Source of the DNA: Hoeflea sp.
GTDB taxonomy: Bacteria > Pseudomonadota > Alphaproteobacteria > Rhizobiales > Rhizobiaceae
Assembly (NCBI GenBank): GCA_965249925.1
Contig: OZ252260.1
Location: forward strand, 1,852,449 to 1,916,448
Direction of reading: 5' to 3'
Length of the DNA: 64,000 nt
Shown here: positions 39,753 to 49,167 of the stretch, piece after piece
How the letters are laid out: every line of letters begins with the position of its first letter
Position numbering within the stretch: the first letter of the stretch is position 1
Position numbers and translations under genes: made by a program
The notes under the pieces: model-generated
The model's database searches: none
The model's input: the letters and a program-made list of their open reading frames with translations, nothing else
Told to the model about the DNA's origin: nothing

Positions 39753-40342
39753 TCGTCGATGAACGGGATCTACCAAAGCCGTCCTTGGGGCGGTTTTCGA
39801 AGCGTCCGATTACCTTAGCGAAAAAGGCTGGTCGTGATCCTTTGTGCAGCATAGCGCTGCTTAAGCGCAGCCTCGGGGTCCGCGATGCGCCGCAGTATCT
39901 CGCGGGTCTTGCGCTGTGCTTCGACAATGGACACAAGTCCCTATGCTTGTGCAGTGGTGAACTCGCTTGCCGGCAATCGAAAACTAAGCGTTGCAGCGAC
40001 AGGGCCGCGAAACTCAAGTGGAGCACTATGTTGCTTGTATGAACGCAACAAACCTAGACCTTGGTGTTCGCTGAATTCTATTGAAAGCCAAGACGATTGC
40101 GGCCCATTGTATCTACCGGCTGCTGTCCGCAACTGAATTCCGGCATAGACCTGGGATTCGCGAGTCTCCACAACCAGCAATGGCCGCTATTCTAACAAGC
40201 TATGGGCGACGGGCGTGTTGTAGATATTCCGGCGAACAGCACGGCAGCGTCCGTCGGTTCGTCCGCGCTATGCATCTTCGTCGTCAGTGTCCGGTTTCTT
40301 CTACGGATTGACCGGTGACCGTTCGAGGTCCGGGATAACACA

Positions 40343-40358
40343 ATCCCCAATTGGGGAT
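40343..40358. promoter_or_regulatory. Perfect 16-bp palindrome upstream of the vWA gene
   Basis: ATCCCCAATTGGGGAT. Confidence 0.6.
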
Positions 40359-40492
40359 ATCCCATCCTACGCCTCACGGCTAGTGAGTATTCAGTACAAC
40401 ACTGAGTGCCGTGGTGCCTGTCAACAGAACTCTGTATCCGGTATATGATTGACGGTTATTGATGGTGGAAATATTGCCAAGGAACATATTTT

Positions 40493-42403
40493 ATGCATTT
40501 TTCAAAGACCGTCGCTTTAGCCTTCGCAGTGATGTTCAAGGCAGCGGCATTCATCGCATCGAGCAGCGTCGCCGCGGCAGCGGATGAAGGCAATAAACTC
40601 CTGATCATCTACGATTCCTCCAACTCGATGTGGGGAGAACTGTCGGATGGGGCAAGGAAGTATGAAGCCGGTCGCGAGGCACTTTCGACACTTCTCGACA
40701 GCGATCTTTCAGGTCGGAAAATCGGATTGCGCGCCTACGGCCACAGGCGCGCCAAGGATTGTCGCGACTCTGAACTCGTTGTGTCCTTTGGCGACCGATC
40801 CACGACGACGGATCGTATCGGTACAGCCGTGTCCGGCATCGTTCCAAAAGGCCAAACACCGATAACCTACAGCCTTCAGGAAGGACTGAAGGATATGGAC
40901 GGTGTCGAGGGAGACATTCTGCTGATCACCGACGGTCTGGAGACCTGCGACGCGGACCCGTGCGCCCTGACAGCGCAGTGGCGCGATTCCGATGTCGACA
41001 TTCGTGTGCATGTCGTCGGTGTTGGACTTTCGGAAAAGGAACGCATAGCCATCGGCTGTATCGCGGATAACACAGGCGGAAGTTACTTCGATGCCTCCTC
41101 AGCGGCAGGTTTTGTGACCGCGCTTGATGAAGCCGTTGAAACTGTTGCGCAGCAGCCGGCGCCATCGCCGAAGGATCAACTGACCGAGTTCGAAATCCGG
41201 ATGATCGGGCGCGATCCGCAGGGGCGCGAATATCGTATCGGCGGTGTCCTCAAAGGCGATGGAGAAGACGATCGCCAGGTAGACAGTGGTGGGCGCACAA
41301 CAGTGAAGCAGCCCGGAAGCTACGTTCTTAAAGTCGGCCCGGTTCTGGAAGACGGCAGTATCTTTCAGCCGGTCGAGCGCGAGTTTTCAGTCTCGCCAGA
41401 CGCGGCGCTGACCGAGGTGGTGGTGCCCGTCATGCGCCCGGCAGTCGTCTCGGCAACATTCAGCGAAGCCGGTCAACCCCATCCGGGCGACGTGATTCGC
41501 GTGTTCTCAGACGGAGCGGAACTCTTTACCTTCCTGCCCGGTCCGATGGACCAAAGGCGCGAAGTTTTCATGCGGCCCGGCACCTATGAATTCCGTTCGT
41601 CTCCTAACGCCGACAACAGGCTGGCGGTGACCGAGACGGTCGACACGGCAAACGGGACAGAAATACTCTTTGAGCTCAGCACAACTTTTGAAGTGCGTAT
41701 CCAATTCGAACTCGCCGATGGGCAGATCTTCAAGCGGAACTCGGAACTGTGGCGGGATGGTGAGCTTCAGTATGAAGTGCAGTGGCGAGATGGTGCCCGC
41801 ATAAAATCAGGCACCTATGAACTGTACTCAGACGATGTCCTGCTGCCTGTGACGGTGGAGAGCCTTGAGCTCTCGCCGGATGAAAAGGAAGTCACCGTTC
41901 CCGTCGAGGCAGGGTTTATTCAGGTCACCTATGCCGACACACCCGAGCACTATCTCTCGGAACCGAACCGCGCATTCTTGAGCCCGGGCGGAAGCAACGC
42001 CCGTGAGCTCGTCAAACCGGGCGAGGTGATCACGGTCAAGCCGGGCATATACGAAATCGCGCCATGGGATAAGGCCGGTTACTTCGATGATCTGCAGCCC
42101 GTTGAAGTCATGAAGGGACAAACCGCAAGGATTGAGATTGCGCCCTTGCCGCTCGGCACGCTCATTGTCGGATATGCCGAAGACGGCGAATATTCCACGT
42201 CCCCCGACCGGGCGTTTGCCAAGGCGCTTGACGGCCAGCCGCTGAAGAAGGGTTTTATGCGCCCGGGAAAGCCGCTCAAAGTCGTGCCCGGAACGTATCT
42301 GGTCACGCCGAAAAAGGGGATCGACATTGAGCCCCGGCAGGTCGAAGTGCTTGCCGGGGAAACAACTCAGGTCATTTTGCGCCCCGTTGAAACCAATAAT
42401 TGA
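40493..42403 (+). CDS. Exported vWA-domain protein with C-terminal beta-sandwich repeats
   Basis: Signal peptide; MIDAS motifs YDSSNSM, GQTP, ITDG; five (P/S)GxY repeats. Confidence 0.88.
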   Translation: MHFSKTVALAFAVMFKAAAFIASSSVAAAADEGNKLLIIYDSSNSMWGELSDGARKYEAGREALSTLLDSDLSGRKIGLRAYGHRRAKDCRDSELVVSFGDRSTTTDRIGTAVSGIVPKGQTPITYSLQEGLKDMDGVEGDILLITDGLETCDADPCALTAQWRDSDVDIRVHVVGVGLSEKERIAIGCIADNTGGSYFDASSAAGFVTALDEAVETVAQQPAPSPKDQLTEFEIRMIGRDPQGREYRIGGVLKGDGEDDRQVDSGGRTTVKQPGSYVLKVGPVLEDGSIFQPVEREFSVSPDAALTEVVVPVMRPAVVSATFSEAGQPHPGDVIRVFSDGAELFTFLPGPMDQRREVFMRPGTYEFRSSPNADNRLAVTETVDTANGTEILFELSTTFEVRIQFELADGQIFKRNSELWRDGELQYEVQWRDGARIKSGTYELYSDDVLLPVTVESLELSPDEKEVTVPVEAGFIQVTYADTPEHYLSEPNRAFLSPGGSNARELVKPGEVITVKPGIYEIAPWDKAGYFDDLQPVEVMKGQTARIEIAPLPLGTLIVGYAEDGEYSTSPDRAFAKALDGQPLKKGFMRPGKPLKVVPGTYLVTPKKGIDIEPRQVEVLAGETTQVILRPVETNN

Positions 42404-42412
42404 GAGGAGATA

Positions 42413-43021
42413 TTGGTGTTCTCACGTATATTGCTTTTTACATTTTCCATTGCTGCCATGGTTTCGAGCGGCCCGGTTTCAGCTGAAACCAAGTTTCATC
42501 CGCTGGAGAGACTATGCATCACCTATGAACTGACCGGACAGGTTATGACCGGGACGAAGACGCGATGCCATCGAGCCTTCGGTCTGGAGTGGTTCGAGAT
42601 CGAACGCACCCAGGTTGGCAAGGGAGCTTTCGCCCAAAAGCAGAACAATCACAGAATCGGTTTGGCGGAACGGACCTATACGATCAACCTCGATGACAAC
42701 ACCGGTTCGATGATCGTCAACCCCCGGTTCGAACAGGTTAAAAAAACCATGCAGAGGCATGGTGACGATCCGATGAAGATGGGCCTGATGCTTCTTCAGG
42801 GTCTTGGCCTGGCGCCGACCGGTGAAACCCGGACCGTCGCTGGCAAGACATGCCAGTACTATAAATCAAGCCAGGGGTCCGAGGCATGCGTGACGCAGGA
42901 GGACGGACTGGTGCTCTTTCTCAGCGTGTTCGGCTCAGTTCAGACGGCAACGGACGTCTCCATTGGCGATGACGGCGGCGATGAAAACTATTCGCTGTTT
43001 GAAAGGGCGCAGATGCGATAG
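42413..43021 (+). CDS. Exported hypothetical protein (DUF4412-like)
   Basis: Signal peptide ending VSA|E; TGETRTVAGKTCQYY motif; GAGG RBS, 9 bp after the vWA stop. Confidence 0.7.
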   Translation: MVFSRILLFTFSIAAMVSSGPVSAETKFHPLERLCITYELTGQVMTGTKTRCHRAFGLEWFEIERTQVGKGAFAQKQNNHRIGLAERTYTINLDDNTGSMIVNPRFEQVKKTMQRHGDDPMKMGLMLLQGLGLAPTGETRTVAGKTCQYYKSSQGSEACVTQEDGLVLFLSVFGSVQTATDVSIGDDGGDENYSLFERAQMR

Positions 43022-43176
43022 TTCCGGCCAGCCAGGCGAATACAGGATCCGCACGATAGCCGTTGGCTTGCACCTGTCGGGCTGAACCTGAAACAGCCCA
43101 CAGGCAGGCTTGCCAGCCCCTGCCCACAGCGCGCGACAACCGCAAATTGTGCTTTTCCGTATAAGTGCCGATACAG

Positions 43177-43190
43177 TCCCCAATTGGGAG
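43177..43190. promoter_or_regulatory. Second copy of the CCCAATTGGG palindrome
   Basis: TCCCCAATTGGGAG shares 12 consecutive nt with 40344-40355. Confidence 0.55.
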
Positions 43191-43588
43191 TATTCGTAAA
43201 ACCGTTCCTTTATTACAGCCCGGTTGGGGGTTTGCCGGTCTGTTTACCGGGGTCGGAGGAGATTCTTTATCGAGACGTGGCGAACGCCATCTAAGCGGAC
43301 GGTTCGCAGACTGTTTTCAACCAAAAGTATTTTTGAAATCGGGGGATTCAGACATTGAATAGGACACGAAACTCCATGGTTTTCGCAACGGCTGCCCTCG
43401 GGGGCTGGCTCGCCAGGACGTATTCTGTGTTGGTCCATGGCGCAGTTCCTGGACCGGCCCCGCAAAGCTCGTTTGCCGGAAACGTCGTATATCATGGGCA
43501 ACAGAAGCCATCCTCTACCCGCATATGGGGTCATTTCAATAACCAGAAAAGAAATGCCGGAAATCTGATCTGTGCTTGGGGGGCATCG

Positions 43589-45532
43589 ATGCGAAGTCTG
43601 CGAAACCTGTGGCTCGTCCTGGTTGTTTGTTTCGTAGCCCCGTTTGTCGGATTATCGACGGCAGGTGCCCAGGTCCCGGCATATGAATTACGGCTGGCCG
43701 AAGCGCGCGGGGCATTAAAGAGAGCCTGCGAGAAGTACGACCGGGACAGCGCGGCGCTTACGGAAATCCAAGAAAACCTTGTGTCGGCAAGGTCTCAGAT
43801 CGTAGCCATTCGTGCAAAGATCAACGAAACCGAAATGTCCCACTACGAGGGTTTGGTGGCGTTGGGTCAACGGTCGGATCTTTCCGGCTCCGAGATACTG
43901 GAACACCGTCAGAGTCTAAATTTCTTCTTCGGCACCGTCATGTCGAGCCTCCGCGACGAGTTGGCCTACTCAGTCAGTTGGGAGCAGAGCACGTTGCGAC
44001 GGATTTACGATGAAAGTGCGCGCAGGCATGAGAAAGCGCGCCTCGCGAAGCAAAAGGCCCTGGATCTTCTGAACGATATTGAAAAAAGGCGGAAGCCCCC
44101 TCATACCAGCGTCCGGGCGCCGACGCCTCCGCTCACTCCGCAGGAAGAGGCGAAACTGAACGAACTCGTCGACCGTCTGCTCGACGAGATTGACGATATG
44201 TTGGCCGCGCAGGTGCCCGGGTCGCCGGATTATGTAGATCCGGACGATCTTGATAGGATCGCTTCCGGCCTCAAAAACGATCTCGAGCGGGGCAACAGGG
44301 CGATTCAGGCCGCGGATGAATTCATCCAGCACGATCCCGCCAACCCGCCGCCCGGCGGCGGAAACTTCGACAGCACTGCGGCGACCGGTACGGACGAAGA
44401 AGCGGAAGTCGGCGAAAGAGAACCGTTCAAGCGCCCCCGCCCCGATCCGCAAGGCACCAGGTTCCCGGAAGAAGAGAATGAATATGATCCATTTGAGCGA
44501 GCGGAGCCGAACCCGGCGGTAACAGTGGAATTCGATGTAAACCGCTTCAATCTTCCCAACTCGTACTTCTCGACCGTTAATGCGACGACCGGCGATCCCA
44601 ACATGGTGCCGCTGGGGCCGTCAAGCGTCACCGGTTTCGGCGGCCGGGTTGGTGTTATCATTCCCCCGTTCTGGAGTGACGGTGCGCCGCAACCTTCGCT
44701 TCCGGTCATTGAGACCCAGCCGAACGACGTGTCGGCCTTCATGCAGACCGACGTCGTCTCGATCACCGATGGTCAGCTCCTTTATGTCGGCTACAACCAC
44801 TATAGTGGCGATGCCACCAGCCAATACGTCCAGCCGGCCGGTGTCCAGCAAGTTGTGACCAGCGTTGGTGGCACTGGCACGCCCTTCGGTCTCAACGATC
44901 TGACCACGTTTAACACCGAAATTGAAAGCAACGGCGTCGAATTCGGCACCCGGTTGACGACGAACCTGCTGAGTGGCGAGCACGCCGGTGTCGGGGCATT
45001 TTTCGGCCTGCACGGAGAATACAATCGTAGAACCCTGGATGTCGATTACAACACGACCGACGGCACGATGAGCTACAACAGTTATCTCGACATCGTCGAG
45101 AAGACAGGCGTCATCAGGCCGACCTTTGGCCTTAGCGGCAGCTATTCGCCAGACTGGGCGGATCACTTTGAATTCGGCGCCAGATTTGAAATCGGCCCAT
45201 CGGTTTACTTCAACCGTGTGAACTATTCCGATTGCGGCAGTACAGACCCGACCGGGGGAGCCTGCAATGGCGGCTTTTTCCGGTCGAGCGCGAGTGACAG
45301 TTCCGTCGATTGGGAACTGTTCGCAATGCTCACGGCCTTTGCCATAGTCAACATAAATGATAATTCAGCTTTCAAGCTTTTCGGCTCGGTTCAGACCGAA
45401 CATGTGAACGGATTTCAGGTGCCCAACACGATACCGGGCAGCCCCGCGGGGACCTGGAACGGCAAGCCCCTTTATTATGGCAAGACGACAGCCAGCTATT
45501 CGGGCGGCATCAGTTGGATTCATGAGTTTTGA
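43589..45532 (+). CDS. Putative outer-membrane beta-barrel protein with an N-terminal coiled-coil/acidic region
   Basis: Signal peptide from ATG 43589; long amphipathic helices; Pro/acidic linker; C-terminal ~330 aa of alternating strands ending SGGISWIHEF. Confidence 0.7.
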   Translation: MRSLRNLWLVLVVCFVAPFVGLSTAGAQVPAYELRLAEARGALKRACEKYDRDSAALTEIQENLVSARSQIVAIRAKINETEMSHYEGLVALGQRSDLSGSEILEHRQSLNFFFGTVMSSLRDELAYSVSWEQSTLRRIYDESARRHEKARLAKQKALDLLNDIEKRRKPPHTSVRAPTPPLTPQEEAKLNELVDRLLDEIDDMLAAQVPGSPDYVDPDDLDRIASGLKNDLERGNRAIQAADEFIQHDPANPPPGGGNFDSTAATGTDEEAEVGEREPFKRPRPDPQGTRFPEEENEYDPFERAEPNPAVTVEFDVNRFNLPNSYFSTVNATTGDPNMVPLGPSSVTGFGGRVGVIIPPFWSDGAPQPSLPVIETQPNDVSAFMQTDVVSITDGQLLYVGYNHYSGDATSQYVQPAGVQQVVTSVGGTGTPFGLNDLTTFNTEIESNGVEFGTRLTTNLLSGEHAGVGAFFGLHGEYNRRTLDVDYNTTDGTMSYNSYLDIVEKTGVIRPTFGLSGSYSPDWADHFEFGARFEIGPSVYFNRVNYSDCGSTDPTGGACNGGFFRSSASDSSVDWELFAMLTAFAIVNINDNSAFKLFGSVQTEHVNGFQVPNTIPGSPAGTWNGKPLYYGKTTASYSGGISWIHEF

Positions 45533-45629
45533 GGGTTACGCTTTCTTTGTATGACACGGCGGGCCAGGTGTGTTTCGGATCACATCCGGCTTGCTGCGCT
45601 TGAAGCAAACATCCGGTCCGATTTTTTTA

Positions 45630-47375
45630 ATGACCGATCTCACCAAACGAAATGGCGATGATCGTGCCGCCATCAGCGAGGCGGAACTCGTCCAACGGCT
45701 TTACGAAGCGGTCGCGGACAATTCCCTGTGGCCCGAAATGATTTCGGAAGTCATGGAGCACATCGAGTCGACGCCTGCCGACGGAGGAGACCGGGCAAAC
45801 GAGCAATTCGAGGGTCTGGTGCGGCATTTCGAACGTGCGATGCGTCTTAGCGAGAACATCATCTCGCTCCAGGAACGCAACGCAACGATTGAGGGTGTTC
45901 TCGACAGCCTTTCTTTCGGCATAAGCGTGTACGACCGCAAAGGTCGGCAACTCTATGCCAATGCCGCAGCTATCGAACCCGGTGCCTTCGATCGGCGCAT
46001 TGTGCCGATGGCACAGCAAGTCGCCAGGGCCTCGCGCCTGGACACCTCACTACCCACGCTCACACGTTTCTCGGATACGCCGACCGACGTTGCTTTCATA
46101 CCCGCTGCGTGTCTGAAGAAGGTACTCCTGCCGGCAAATGCGGCGATGATTGTCGTATCTATGCCGGCCATTCCGGAACACACACTGGATCATATCAGAC
46201 GCAGTCACTACCTGACAGATACGGAGGGACAGCTCCTCGGTGCACTGTATCGGCTTAAGAATCTGCGCAAGGCTGGCGATTCGATTGGCATCACATATGA
46301 AACCGCGAGGACATATATCAAACGGATCTACGCGAAAACGGGCGTGAACAGCCAGTCGGCCTTGATGGGCCTGATGCAACAAAGCCCGATGTCCCTTATC
46401 CAGCATGTGGAAATGATAAAACCGAGGGAAAACCCGGTTCGTCATGACCTGTTGCTCCCGGACGGACGCAATCTTGAATACTTCGCGCTTGGTTCCCGCG
46501 AGGCCTCACCGGTGCTACATTTCGATGCGCTGACCGGTGTCGCGGTGGATCTGCTCGGAGCCGCGGAGATCTACCGCCCGGTTCTTGAAGAGCTGAATCT
46601 CCAGATAATCGTCCCCTGCCGACCCGGAACGTTCCGGAGCGATTTCAAGAAGATGGGAGGGCTGAGCGAGTTTACACCCGACCTGCTGTACTTGATGGAA
46701 CGACTCGGTCTGCAGCGGGCGTCGCTTCTGTCGCAGGCGTTCGGATCGTGCTCGGCACTGGCTTTTGCGGCAACAGCGCCGGAGCGTGTTGAACGTGTTG
46801 TACTATGCGCCCCCAGCTATCCCCGTTACGAGCCACCCGATTGGCGCAAGATGGACTTGTTCTACATCATCAGCGGCGTTATCGGTCGCAGGGCGCCTAC
46901 GCTCCTGAAAGCCATTGTCCCGTTTCTCATGCGATCGGTGATGCAGAACACGAAAAAATACCTGGAACGGCACATTGCCCGCTCGATCTGTCCCGCCGAT
47001 ATCGAAGTCCTTGGCAGCCCGACACTGCAAAAACGAATTCCGGAAATGCTTGCCGCGCGCACTGTGCTGGGCACCGACGGTCTGGTACAGGAGAATTTCC
47101 TCAATACCCACGGATGGGACTTCGACCCTGCTGAAATCGAGGCGCCGGTGCATATTCTGCAAGGTGAACTCGACAACGTCTCACACCCTGAAGGAGGGCG
47201 GAAGCTCGCCAGCGCGCTAAAGAAAGCGCACTATCATTCATTCCCGGACCTGGGTCAGTACCTGATTTTCTCACAATGGCCATGGATATTCGAGGTATGT
47301 GCCGGCGCGAACGCCGACGAACTTGCAGAAATGGCCAGACAGACTGTCGTTTCGCTGCCGCCGGGGAAAGCTTGA
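45630..47375 (+). CDS. PAS-like + LuxR HTH + alpha/beta-hydrolase-fold regulator
   Basis: VLDSLSFGISVYD...LYAN (PAS); LTDTE...GITYETARTYIKRIYAKTGVNSQSAL (LuxR HTH); LPDGRNLEY..G hydrolase start. Confidence 0.85.
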   Translation: MTDLTKRNGDDRAAISEAELVQRLYEAVADNSLWPEMISEVMEHIESTPADGGDRANEQFEGLVRHFERAMRLSENIISLQERNATIEGVLDSLSFGISVYDRKGRQLYANAAAIEPGAFDRRIVPMAQQVARASRLDTSLPTLTRFSDTPTDVAFIPAACLKKVLLPANAAMIVVSMPAIPEHTLDHIRRSHYLTDTEGQLLGALYRLKNLRKAGDSIGITYETARTYIKRIYAKTGVNSQSALMGLMQQSPMSLIQHVEMIKPRENPVRHDLLLPDGRNLEYFALGSREASPVLHFDALTGVAVDLLGAAEIYRPVLEELNLQIIVPCRPGTFRSDFKKMGGLSEFTPDLLYLMERLGLQRASLLSQAFGSCSALAFAATAPERVERVVLCAPSYPRYEPPDWRKMDLFYIISGVIGRRAPTLLKAIVPFLMRSVMQNTKKYLERHIARSICPADIEVLGSPTLQKRIPEMLAARTVLGTDGLVQENFLNTHGWDFDPAEIEAPVHILQGELDNVSHPEGGRKLASALKKAHYHSFPDLGQYLIFSQWPWIFEVCAGANADELAEMARQTVVSLPPGKA

Positions 47376-47456
47376 TCGATGAGCGGGTTTCACGGGCTCC
47401 GGACGCCAAATGGCGAATAATGCAATTCTCGTTCCAACAAGACTGAGAGGGGTGTC

Positions 47457-49049
47457 CTATTCAGGCATTCCTGCCAGCCTCATATCATTGAGCCATCGAT
47501 CCTGCGTGTTTGTGTCTGTCCACTGCTTGCCTACAAATTCTGCTTCCACCGCAAGCGTTCGATTTGGGCGCTTCTTTAGATAGACTTTCATCGCTTCTTT
47601 GGCATCTTCAAACCTGTTGAGACAAGAATAAATGGCGGCCAGCATCGTCTGAGAGTCAGGGTGGGGAGATGCCATGCTGAGCATGGCTTCCAAGCCTTTG
47701 TCACACTCGTTGTTCTGCCAATATGCCCAACCTAACTGCCACAGCAGAAAATCACCATGCAGCGGGTCCACCGCCTTCGCCTCGAGCAGAGCTGAAATCG
47801 CTTGGTCCACTTCGCCGATATTAAGAAGCGGAATGGACGTCGCGATGAGAACCATTGAGTCGGATGGGTTCAATTGAGCAGCTCTTTGAAAGTGTAGCAG
47901 GGCCTCCGCATGATCCCGGCGCGTCGTGAGGACCCGAGCCAGAGCATAGTGCGACATGTAATTTTCGGGTGAGATGGCCAGCGCCTTTTGGGCAAGTTCG
48001 GTGGCCTCCTCCAAGGCATCGTTGGGTGGTTGGTCTGTCCATTTGTGAAATGCCCCGACATTGAGCATCAGAGACTTTCCGATGTATCCCCACGGAGACG
48101 CCGGGTCTTCCGTGATGGAGATCTCCTCAAGAGCAAGTGCCTTTTGCCAGTTCTCCCTGGTAAGAACACGCATCATTTGTCGTGCTTGCAGGCTGCGCAG
48201 GAGTGAATTGACGTCCTGTTTCGTTCGCTTTGTTGGAATGTGCGTCAGAACGGACCCGCCGACTCTGGATGCAACGTGGCTGACGATTTGATCTTGCATC
48301 GCGAACAGGTCGTCAATTGTTCGATCCAACTTCTCCGAAAGCAGATGGGTTCCCGAGCTGGAATCGATCAACTGAACGGTCACGCGCAGCCGCTCTCCAT
48401 CGATTTGCTGGCTGCCTTCAATGATGTAATCCGCACCGAGGATTTCTCCGATCTGCCGGACATCGGTTGGCGCACCGCGAAACTGAAAACTTGAGTTCCT
48501 CGCAATGACCTTGAATTGAGGGAATCGCGCCAGTTCAGTGATGAGGCCTTCACTGAGAGCGTCGCTGAGGTAACCCTTGTGGTTGGCGTCACTCAGATCA
48601 TCCAACGGAAGTACGGCGACGACAAACGGTTTGCTTATGTGAGGCGGGCGCTGAATGCTGACATATCCGACAACCGTTGCAATAAGCACGAATACAGCCA
48701 GGCCAGCAGCCAGCACATATCTTCGCGTAGAACCGGTCACCTTGTCAGGCGCCGACAGACGATAACCGACACGCGGCACCGTTTCGACAATTCGCTTGTC
48801 GGTATCTCCCAATACTTTTCTGATGTCGGCAACACATTGGGCCAGATTGTCTTCGCTGACGTGATCCTGTGCCCAAACCGTCTCAATCAATTCCTGCTTC
48901 GGAAAAGTCTCTCCGATCCTGGAGGCAAGCGCCAAAAGAACATCCATCGACTTGTAACGCAATTCGGCCTGCCGACCGTTGCGATCTTTCAACCGGCGTC
49001 CGGAGGTATCCAAGATCATGGAACCCAATGAAATTTCAGAGGATTTCAA
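47457..49049 (-). CDS. CadC/ToxR-like membrane regulator: wHTH + TM + TolB-like + TPR
   Basis: ELIETVW..VSEDNL..CVADIRKVLGD..VETVPRVGYRL; TM YVLAAGLAVFVLIATVVGYV; VAVLPL..LS, VIARNSSFQF; TPRs ending AGMPE. Confidence 0.88.
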   Translation of the reverse strand: MKSSEISLGSMILDTSGRRLKDRNGRQAELRYKSMDVLLALASRIGETFPKQELIETVWAQDHVSEDNLAQCVADIRKVLGDTDKRIVETVPRVGYRLSAPDKVTGSTRRYVLAAGLAVFVLIATVVGYVSIQRPPHISKPFVVAVLPLDDLSDANHKGYLSDALSEGLITELARFPQFKVIARNSSFQFRGAPTDVRQIGEILGADYIIEGSQQIDGERLRVTVQLIDSSSGTHLLSEKLDRTIDDLFAMQDQIVSHVASRVGGSVLTHIPTKRTKQDVNSLLRSLQARQMMRVLTRENWQKALALEEISITEDPASPWGYIGKSLMLNVGAFHKWTDQPPNDALEEATELAQKALAISPENYMSHYALARVLTTRRDHAEALLHFQRAAQLNPSDSMVLIATSIPLLNIGEVDQAISALLEAKAVDPLHGDFLLWQLGWAYWQNNECDKGLEAMLSMASPHPDSQTMLAAIYSCLNRFEDAKEAMKVYLKKRPNRTLAVEAEFVGKQWTDTNTQDRWLNDMRLAGMPE

Positions 49050-49057
49050 AGAATTTC
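49033..49057. promoter_or_regulatory. Three ATTTC direct repeats at an exact 10-bp period
   Basis: ATTTC at 49033, 49043 and 49053, at the 5' end of the wHTH regulator. Confidence 0.5.
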
Positions 49058-49167
49058 GTTTGATGAGAACAGGTCCCTGTCCGTTTCCTGGATTTGCTGC
49101 AAATCACCGCGAGGTGAACACAGGACTTTGCCGCAACTGCGATCATTCTATCATGGAGTGCACAATT

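Noticed and set aside
43355-43588. 78-aa N-terminal extension of the barrel ORF
   Set aside because: Would bury the clear signal peptide starting at ATG 43589; treated as upstream regulatory DNA
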